From a virus, in IMG/VR virus record IMGVR_UViG_3300045988_041451: a DNA stretch of 46,903 nucleotides; one strand, 5' to 3'. Numbering within the stretch: position 1 is the first letter of the stretch; every line of letters begins with the position of its first letter. This document shows positions 40,414 to 46,903 of this stretch, one piece after another. The notes beneath the pieces are model-generated. The model was not told where the DNA came from and did no database searches. It saw nothing but the letters and a program-made list of their open reading frames with translations. The translations under genes were made by a program, and so were the position numbers.

Positions 40414-41985
40414 TTATGCCAGTTCCAGTTTTGTCTCTACTTTGACACCCGGATTCTTCACCATTCCTCTGTAATCCATGACGGAGATGCCCCAATCAAG
40501 GAAGATGTCCCACACGAATCCAAGCTGACCCGGTGCTTCCATACGACGAATGTTCGGGATTTCCTGACCGTTCAGGTAATCAACTTCGATTCCATCACAG
40601 TCTCCGGCTGCTCCGAATAACCACCACGGCATCACGTTACCCATGCCGCCGCAGAGCGCATTGATTGTCGGGTCTTCCACAACCTCGATCTGATCTCTGT
40701 ACTGATACAGTGGATTGACTGCCTGTGTGTTGTCTGTGGTATTGATCGTCGGTGAGTTGAACAGTGTGTACATATCAAACTTCATGCCAGAAGGAACGAC
40801 GATCTGTGCAGGATTGATGATGATTGCTTCTCCGAACTGGTCTTTCTGGTTCGCGAGTGCCATAATCATCGTCTGCATCGCTGCCTGTGTCACTCCTGTT
40901 CCTGTCTTCAGAAGGTTCTTGTGGTTTGAACCGAACAGAGCTGTTCCGTCATAGATTGCCGGGTTATTGACGAGAATCTGGAACACCTGCTTGTTGATGG
41001 TTTTTCTCGCTGCTGCCGCATAACGAGCCGGAAGGGATGTCACCAGAGAGATGTCATCATCAATGAAGGCTTTTCTGGACAGGGTGAACTGTCTTCCGTA
41101 GGTCTTCAGTTTTCTCTGTGGCAGCTTGTCATCGGTGAATACATCATGTTTCAGTTCACCATTCTCCGGTACTTCCAGAAACTCTCCGACTGGACCTGCA
41201 ACATAATAATTGTCGTGTGTCTTGAAGTCCGGGAGGCTTCCTTTCTTCGTAAATCTGTCGAATGTGACTGCAACCTTCTTGTGACCTTCTCTGTATGCTT
41301 TCTCAATCGTCTGATCTAAGATTGCCGGGAACGCTGCCTCTGGATTGTAGAATCCTCTTGACAGGAGAGAATACAGTTCGTCGGAGTTTCTTCTGTTCAG
41401 TCCTCTCTCGCTTGTTCCGTCCATCTGAAGGCACTCGATTGCAAGGTCGCGCATACGCATACCGATCATCTGTCTCGCTCCGTCTGCCGGATTCTCGATC
41501 TGAAGACCTGCCTTCATGAGCAGGGAATCAACTGCTGCTCTTCTGAACTTGTCCTCTGCGCTGTCTCCAACGCTTACTCCGGTGTGAACTGGTGCGGATG
41601 CCTGTCTCATATGCTCGATGACTGCTGTTCTCACCTGCTCCACTGTTGTTCCGTTGTCGATGAATCCTCTGACCTGTTCATTCATGCCGAAATCGCGGCA
41701 CATCTCCTCGATCTGTCTGATTCTTGCTCTTTCATTCTCGACTGCGCTTCTGGCTCCGTCTCCGTTGCCTTCTCCACCTTCGTCTCCATTGCCTTCGCCC
41801 TCGCCTGCTGCCGCGCCTCTGGAACTTCCCTCGCCGCCTGCTGTGGCTCCTGCTCTGTCGAGTGCTTCGATTGAACGCTGCAAGGTGTCAAACTCCGCCC
41901 TCTCTTCTGCTGTCATTGCTCTGCTTTCCGCTCTCGCTGCCTGCAAGATTTCGTTCTGCCGAGCCAGCATCTGTTCTCTTGTCAT
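40414..41985 (-). CDS. Major capsid protein (HK97-fold) with a long N-terminal scaffold-like domain
   Basis: 523 aa. N-terminal coiled coil, a Gly/Glu/Asn linker, ENERARIRQIEEMC and then the capsid body. It follows the protease with an ATGA overlap. Confidence 0.75.
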   Translation of the reverse strand: MTREQMLARQNEILQAARAESRAMTAEERAEFDTLQRSIEALDRAGATAGGEGSSRGAAAGEGEGNGDEGGEGNGDGARSAVENERARIRQIEEMCRDFGMNEQVRGFIDNGTTVEQVRTAVIEHMRQASAPVHTGVSVGDSAEDKFRRAAVDSLLMKAGLQIENPADGARQMIGMRMRDLAIECLQMDGTSERGLNRRNSDELYSLLSRGFYNPEAAFPAILDQTIEKAYREGHKKVAVTFDRFTKKGSLPDFKTHDNYYVAGPVGEFLEVPENGELKHDVFTDDKLPQRKLKTYGRQFTLSRKAFIDDDISLVTSLPARYAAAARKTINKQVFQILVNNPAIYDGTALFGSNHKNLLKTGTGVTQAAMQTMIMALANQKDQFGEAIIINPAQIVVPSGMKFDMYTLFNSPTINTTDNTQAVNPLYQYRDQIEVVEDPTINALCGGMGNVMPWWLFGAAGDCDGIEVDYLNGQEIPNIRRMEAPGQLGFVWDIFLDWGISVMDYRGMVKNPGVKVETKLELA

Positions 41986-42644
41986 CTGCTTTTTCCTCCT
42001 CTTGCGATGTTTTTGTTATACTGTAACTGCCGAGCATAGGTTTCATTCCATGCCGCCGCCTCATCTGCCGTCATTGAACGGCCTACTCCGACCGTAGGGT
42101 CTGCCGGAACGCTCACGATGCTGATTTCATACGGAATCCACCGCTTTGCGATCGAGCACGGACCGGTGAAACGTCCATCCATTGACACCTTGTTCGGTGC
42201 TACTTCTTCCCAGTCCTCTACCATGTAACCGACAGACACTCCTTTCAGAGTCCCGGATTTCACTTTCTGATAGATGACTTCGGATTCTGCGTCAGAGTCA
42301 AACGTGATCTCTGCATAACCTCTCTGATCTTCAATCCATGCCTTGTTAATTTTCCCGATAACCTTGTCTCTCTTGTGGTTATAGAGAACGACACCGATTG
42401 AATTGAGTCTTGTCAGGTCCGCGCATTCCCCTGTATGGTCCAGAATTTCCTGTCCGAACCATCTTGTATATGGTGCTTCCGAAGAGAACGAGAGCACGAA
42501 TGTCCTTTCGTTCCCTTCACCCTCGACTGCTCTGATCTGGCAGTCCACGAGTGCTCTGATGCCTTTATTTCTTTCCTGCTTCTGCTCCGGTTCCTCCCTT
42601 GACAGGGGTCTTCTCTTCGCTTCCGCCATCTGTGCCATTGTCAT
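41982..42644 (-). CDS. Prohead maturation protease (HK97/S78-like)
   Basis: FVLSFSSEAPYTRWFGQEILDH...VVLYNHKRDKVIG...GVSVGY. The start is ambiguous: ATG at 42644, or GTG at 42686 after AGGAGG. Confidence 0.7.
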   Translation of the reverse strand: MTMAQMAEAKRRPLSREEPEQKQERNKGIRALVDCQIRAVEGEGNERTFVLSFSSEAPYTRWFGQEILDHTGECADLTRLNSIGVVLYNHKRDKVIGKINKAWIEDQRGYAEITFDSDAESEVIYQKVKSGTLKGVSVGYMVEDWEEVAPNKVSMDGRFTGPCSIAKRWIPYEISIVSVPADPTVGVGRSMTADEAAAWNETYARQLQYNKNIARGGKSR

Positions 42645-44121
42645 TCTGGCCTGTGCTATTTTCTTCTTTTTTCTGCACTTTGCCACCGAAAACCACACCT
42701 CCTAAATCAATTCCTTTCTTCTGTCCATATTTCAGGACTTCCGCCATATCGTCGATCTGTGTCTGCCAGTCTCGACCGTTCTCTGCCGCGATCTGTTTGA
42801 ACGTCTTCTGCCCGGTCTGCATCGCCGTCTTTGTTGCATTTGACTCTTTCACCGGGTCAATCCATTTCTTCGGCTGTTTAATCCATTCGTGTTGCAGATA
42901 TTCCTCTTTTCTTTCCCAAAAGTCTGCAATATCCACCTTTCCTGCCAACACGCAGGAGATCACGAAGGTTTCGTATATCTCATCCAGTACGGCCAGAATC
43001 TGTTCTTCCTCTTCCGCAAACGTCAATTCGTCCTCAATGGCTCCCTGACGCGCAGATGAATAATTTGTCTCTGACATATCGCGGCTTGTTGCTTCGTAGG
43101 AAATGCCCTGTCCTGCTCCGACGAGACGCTGTTGCAGCTTCACGAATGAAGTTGCGTCTTCTGCCTGTCCTGTCGGGTTTACGACCTGCACTTCGTCTCC
43201 TGCGTTCAGTTCTTTAATCATGCCCGGAGTCAGGGTCTTTCCGTCATAATTCGCCTTGTCCTGCGATGCTCCGACGTTTCTTCCGATACCAGACACCGGA
43301 AGGGCCTTCTTGATGAAGACCGACAGGCAGGCGGCAATTCTCTCTTTGACCGATACTGCCGTGATGAACTCATTGACATCTCGAATCCTTGTCACTGTCG
43401 GACTCATGTCAGACATCTCTCTGATCTGGCTCGGACGTTTCTTCGTGTAGTAGAAAATGACATCGGATGCCTTCAGATACACCGGGTTCCCGATTGTATA
43501 TCCGTCAATCTGGTACTGCCTTATCCAATACCCGACCGGGCGATTGTAGGTGTTGTATTCGATGCCGCCGACCACACGATTTCCGTTTTTCTCCGGCATA
43601 ACGTGCATTGAGTCCAGTTCATCCACTTCGAGCATCTGAAGAGAAAACGGCAGGATTCCGTCTCGTGTGTATCTCTTCACGAACAAGATTCCTCCGTCCA
43701 CTTTCTTTCTCATGACGGCCATTCGCAGAATCTGGTTCAGGCTCTGCTGTCCTGTCACATCGCAGTTTCTTGCCTTGCACCAGATTTTCCACAATCGTTC
43801 CAGTTCCTTGTTGACCGCGTTCTTCTTCGTCATTGATCGAAGCTGAAATCCGGTTCCGACAACGTTTCTTTTGTATGCTCCAAGAACGGAGTTCATCACA
43901 TCAGAGTTCCGTTCAAGGTCCCTTGCTCGCGCTCGCACATACTCTCGGTTTCCTCTGTCGGTTGCCTCTGCCGAATAGTTTGCAACTCTCCACCCGGCAT
44001 TCAACCTTGCGTCGTTTCCTGCATCATAGTTCCGCAGTTCGTTTCTCCATGCCACTCTTCGTGCGCCCCATTCAGGAGACACAAATGAGATTGCTGCATC
44101 CAACCAGTTCACCGTTCTCAC
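42565..44121 (-). CDS. Portal protein (lambda family)
   Basis: 518 aa. WGARRVAWRNELRNYDAGNDARLNAGW is typical of lambda gpB-like portals. Start is GTG at 44121 or 44112. Confidence 0.88.
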   Translation of the reverse strand: MRTVNWLDAAISFVSPEWGARRVAWRNELRNYDAGNDARLNAGWRVANYSAEATDRGNREYVRARARDLERNSDVMNSVLGAYKRNVVGTGFQLRSMTKKNAVNKELERLWKIWCKARNCDVTGQQSLNQILRMAVMRKKVDGGILFVKRYTRDGILPFSLQMLEVDELDSMHVMPEKNGNRVVGGIEYNTYNRPVGYWIRQYQIDGYTIGNPVYLKASDVIFYYTKKRPSQIREMSDMSPTVTRIRDVNEFITAVSVKERIAACLSVFIKKALPVSGIGRNVGASQDKANYDGKTLTPGMIKELNAGDEVQVVNPTGQAEDATSFVKLQQRLVGAGQGISYEATSRDMSETNYSSARQGAIEDELTFAEEEEQILAVLDEIYETFVISCVLAGKVDIADFWERKEEYLQHEWIKQPKKWIDPVKESNATKTAMQTGQKTFKQIAAENGRDWQTQIDDMAEVLKYGQKKGIDLGGVVFGGKVQKKEENSTGQNDNGTDGGSEEKTPVKGGTGAEAGKK

Positions 44122-44348
44122 CTCCCATCAAAGAAGGCAACGTATGTATCATCCAGAAGTCCAGATGCCTCCTGCGCGTTCACTTCTGCCTGAAGTTCCT
44201 TCTGCATCTGTCGCAGAAGTGACAGGTCTGCTCTGGTCAGTTTTCGGCTTCCGATCTGGTATGACTGGCCTCCGATCAGGACCGTTCGGATTGCTGTGTT
44301 GACTTGCTTCAGCAACTCTTCGGTGTTCATTTGTTCCATTTCTTCCAT
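44118..44348 (-). CDS. gpW-like head-tail joining protein
   Basis: 76 aa between terL and portal. LIGGQSYQIGSRKLTRADL matches the lambda gpW pattern. Confidence 0.7.
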   Translation of the reverse strand: MEEMEQMNTEELLKQVNTAIRTVLIGGQSYQIGSRKLTRADLSLLRQMQKELQAEVNAQEASGLLDDTYVAFFDGR

Positions 44349-44359
44349 CGACTTTCCTC

Positions 44360-46201
44360 CTATACCCAGTTTTCATTTGCTTTTATCCACGCTTCTTCAG
44401 GAGCGTACTGCTTTTCCTCCTGCTGCGGCTGTTCTGGTTCTTCCTCACTGTCCAAGTGCATCGAACGAACTCCTCTGATGTCTGCCGCTGCCAGCGCGTA
44501 CACTTCTGCGTCGAGGTAATGGTTGTCGATGTGAGAACGCTTCGGAACCCATTTCTGAATCGTTTTCTTTCCCGACTTCGTGTTTATCTTATGCTCCGCA
44601 GTCACCTGTTCTGCGTATTCAGTATCGCATCCCTCGTATACCATCCATGAGCCTCGACCGTTTGGTTTTTTCATTCTGGCCGCGATCATGTCTTTGTACT
44701 TGTCACCGTCAACGAGCACCAGATTCATTCCGTGCGCTGCGCTTGTCGGTTTATTGATTTTTGACATCTTGAAATGCGACATCATGGGATTGTTCGAGCC
44801 TTTGACTGGCAAGGCCCAGTCTGAATTGTTCGCGCAGAAGTCATATGTTCCGTCTGAATCATATCCAGAGTCAATCAGACACAAGCACACAACCAGTTTC
44901 TGACCGTCTTCTCGCTCATATGCCAGATTCATCACTCTTTCAATATCCGCAAAAGACATTGCCTGTCCATGCGCGATATTTTGCGAGGTGATGTGATCTC
45001 CCCATGCTCTTATAGTCCAATACAAGCACGTTTCCTGCACATCGACACCACCAGTCAGCATCCTCGCCCATCCCGGCACTGCAAGTTCTGGCAGATCAGT
45101 CTGCCTTTCGGCCACTGTGTCTGCCGTTGTCTTCAGTTTCGTGTCCTCCCACGGCTCCGCCAGCCACGAGTTGACGAAGTTTTGCAGTTTCTCCGGGTCA
45201 TCCTTTGAGTCAAGGAACTCTTTCACAATCTCCGCCCATGACAGGAATCGTGAATACAGAGCATTGAGCCAGTATGACACCTTTCTCGGCTTTCCGATGC
45301 AGGTTCCTTTCACATCTCTCCACTCGCCCTGCCGAAGCATCTTGATTTTGTCCTTGTCGGTAATCTCGCATCCGCACTCCTGACACACATAGACGGCCTC
45401 TTTTGCCCTCTCTGCGTTTGTCATCCCTTCTCCGCTCGGAAAATGAATCTGTTTGAACGCGAACGTGATATACTCTCCGCAGTGCGGACACGGCATGAAA
45501 TAATGCCTCTGCTCGTCTGCATCTTCGTGAATCTGCCAGACATAGTTCGTCTTCAGCGTCGGTGTTGAGCAAGTGTATATCTTCTTGCTGTATGTGAATG
45601 TTCTGGTTCTCTCCTTCGCCAGATTGTAAGGCGATGCCTCTTTTTTCGATGCACCGTCCATCTTGTCAATCTCATCGAAAAACAGGTACTTGATTGACTT
45701 TGATGCCAGTTTTCCGGGAGAACCGGAACCTCGAAGGTATATCTTCATCCCCCGGAACTTCAGGTTCAGTTCCTTCGATGAGTGTTCATAGAATCTCTCC
45801 TTGATCTCTGGTGTCTTTGTCAGAGACGGCTTGATTCTGTCGTTTGATGTGTCCTTCGCCAGATCATCGCTCGGATATACGATCATAGTCGGTGACGGAC
45901 TATCCATGATTATCCATCCGAGCATATTGAGCATCGCTTCTGTTCCTCCGACCTGTGTCGGCTTGCAGAAATTGATCTCCTGAATGTATGGGTCATTGAA
46001 CGCATCCATGATTCCGACCAGATACGGAGTGATGTCATTCGACCACTGGCCGGAGAAGTTGCTGGACTCATCCAGTATTCTGTATTTTTCCGCCCACTGT
46101 GAAACGGTCAGCTTTTCCGGTTTCTTCAGTGTGGCTTTAATTGTGTTTACAAATAAATTTCTCGTCCGTTGCCGGGAACGCTGTCGTTCAGACGATGACA
46201 A
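44360..46201 (-). CDS. terL: Terminase large subunit (GpA family)
   Basis: 613 aa. Walker-like KPTQVGGTE. Zn ribbon CPHCGEYI...CQECGC. TTG start after AGGGGTGA. Confidence 0.92.
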   Translation of the reverse strand: MSSSERQRSRQRTRNLFVNTIKATLKKPEKLTVSQWAEKYRILDESSNFSGQWSNDITPYLVGIMDAFNDPYIQEINFCKPTQVGGTEAMLNMLGWIIMDSPSPTMIVYPSDDLAKDTSNDRIKPSLTKTPEIKERFYEHSSKELNLKFRGMKIYLRGSGSPGKLASKSIKYLFFDEIDKMDGASKKEASPYNLAKERTRTFTYSKKIYTCSTPTLKTNYVWQIHEDADEQRHYFMPCPHCGEYITFAFKQIHFPSGEGMTNAERAKEAVYVCQECGCEITDKDKIKMLRQGEWRDVKGTCIGKPRKVSYWLNALYSRFLSWAEIVKEFLDSKDDPEKLQNFVNSWLAEPWEDTKLKTTADTVAERQTDLPELAVPGWARMLTGGVDVQETCLYWTIRAWGDHITSQNIAHGQAMSFADIERVMNLAYEREDGQKLVVCLCLIDSGYDSDGTYDFCANNSDWALPVKGSNNPMMSHFKMSKINKPTSAAHGMNLVLVDGDKYKDMIAARMKKPNGRGSWMVYEGCDTEYAEQVTAEHKINTKSGKKTIQKWVPKRSHIDNHYLDAEVYALAAADIRGVRSMHLDSEEEPEQPQQEEKQYAPEEAWIKANENWV

Positions 46202-46215
46202 ACTCTTTCACCCCT

Positions 46216-46758
46216 TTACTCGCTTTCGTCCTCGTCCTCTTCCTCGTCCATCTCTTCCAGTATCTGTGATGTGGTATCTTTGTCTATTTTCAATGGGTCA
46301 TATTCCGACAACTCCTCCAATGTTTGAAAAATTTCTCTTTCCAGAATGTCCAGAATGACATTCACATCATCCTCTGACACGATCAGAGGTGCGACCTTCT
46401 GCGGAACGGACAAAAGCCTGTTCTTGAAATTCACAAGCATATCTGTCAGAAACTCCTCCACATCGTCTGCCTCATGAAGCTCTCTTTTCAGCTTCCGCAG
46501 CTTCAGGATTGAGATTTTCTTCTTGATCTGCTCGTGCTCGGCCTGTTCCTTTTCTTTGTTGTAGCCTGTACCCTGCTGCACTTCCGCTTCCAGCTTGTAA
46601 TTGATGTATTCAGGGACGCATTTTTCCAAAACATAGTTTTTTTGTTTCTTTTCACTCGACAAACCCTTTGAAAACAAGCCGAACTCGTTCTTTAATTGCC
46701 GGACACGACGGTCTGTGATGCCTAAAATGGCGGCGAGTTCTTTCTGATTTACATCCAT
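46216..46758 (-). CDS. terS: Terminase small subunit (Nu1-like HTH)
   Basis: N-terminal HTH MDVNQKELAAILGITDRRVRQLKNE, an acidic C-terminus and a GGAGGTGA RBS. Confidence 0.8.
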   Translation of the reverse strand: MDVNQKELAAILGITDRRVRQLKNEFGLFSKGLSSEKKQKNYVLEKCVPEYINYKLEAEVQQGTGYNKEKEQAEHEQIKKKISILKLRKLKRELHEADDVEEFLTDMLVNFKNRLLSVPQKVAPLIVSEDDVNVILDILEREIFQTLEELSEYDPLKIDKDTTSQILEEMDEEEDEDESE

Positions 46759-46808
46759 TTTCTGATTTTCACCTCCATTTCAGCGGCAAAAGAGGAAGGA
46801 AGTGCCGT

Positions 46809-46903
46809 ATTTTTTTTGACTTTACAGGCAAAAATACCGGACCTTCCGCGCCCCGCATTCGTGGCCCCCTGCGGAAGTACCTTGCGCCCTGCCGCCATCG
46901 TTG
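46809..46903. repeat. Direct terminal repeat copy 2 (identical to 1-95)
   Basis: Exact 95/95 identity with the start of the window. Confidence 0.97.

Larger units (their letters stand above)
1..46903. mobile_element. Complete temperate phage genome (contractile-tail, PBSX/P2-like tail module, lambda-like terminase/portal), circular map
   Basis: Full packaging, head, tail, baseplate, lysis, lysogeny and replication gene sets are present. The first 95 nt are identical to the last 95 nt. Confidence 0.9.

Noticed and set aside
41758-41805. Imperfect 24-nt tandem duplication encoding GEGNGD-type repeats in the capsid N-terminal linker.
   Set aside because: It is a short low-complexity linker duplication within a coding region. 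Nothing suggests a separate function.
1-46903. Search by eye for tRNA, rRNA, CRISPR arrays, transposase or IS elements.
   Set aside because: None was recognised. There are no cloverleaf-like GC-rich 70-90-nt islands in the few intergenic gaps, no repeat-spacer arrays, and no transposase motifs. A tRNAscan or Infernal run would be needed to be definitive.

Overview
The window is a complete, circularly closed temperate tailed-phage genome. Bases 1-95 are repeated exactly at 46809-46903, so the unique length is 46808 bp. A Firmicutes/Clostridia host is an inference from AGGAGG ribosome-binding sites (RBS), PBSX-like XkdW/XkdX genes and a CHAP+CW_7+SH3b endolysin.

Nearly all genes are on the minus strand, in two long leftward units:
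- **Early/replication unit (about 16430 down to 694).** It is driven by a perfect-consensus promoter. It carries many small ORFs, a C5 DNA methyltransferase, an HUH rolling-circle Rep, an SLT transglycosylase, a VRR-NUC nuclease, ParA, a ParB-like protein, a MazF/PemK toxin, SSB and a sigma-r4-like late regulator. It ends at an intrinsic terminator at 113-147.
- **Late unit (46758 down to 19943).** In order: Nu1-like TerS, GpA-like TerL, gpW, lambda-type portal, prohead protease, capsid, connectors, sheath, tube, a -1 frameshifted tail chaperone and a 1499-aa tape measure. Then come the LysM/gpD/gpV/gp25/gpJ/gpI baseplate, the tail fibre, a DGR, XkdW/XkdX, holin and endolysin.

A small plus-strand lysogeny module (16602-19753) holds a CI-like XRE repressor, a TM2+SWIM membrane protein and a large serine recombinase. 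A second XRE HTH gene lies inside it on the minus strand.

The clearest accessory system is a diversity-generating retroelement. It consists of an RT at 22954-24099, a template repeat (TR) at 24303-24414 and a variable repeat (VR) at 24572-24683 in the tail-fibre C-terminus. All 10 TR/VR mismatches fall at TR adenines. No Avd gene is visible.

Other items worth a second look:
- a 743-nt non-coding gap upstream of terS with an almost adenine-free low-complexity tract;
- a candidate about 69-nt antisense RNA with its own consensus promoter and terminator upstream of rep;
- a G9 homopolymer exactly at the junction of the mazF-like ORF and a downstream out-of-frame ORF;
- plasmid-type partition and replication genes together with an integrase.

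No tRNA, rRNA or CRISPR array was seen. All product calls are motif recognition by eye; no database search was run.
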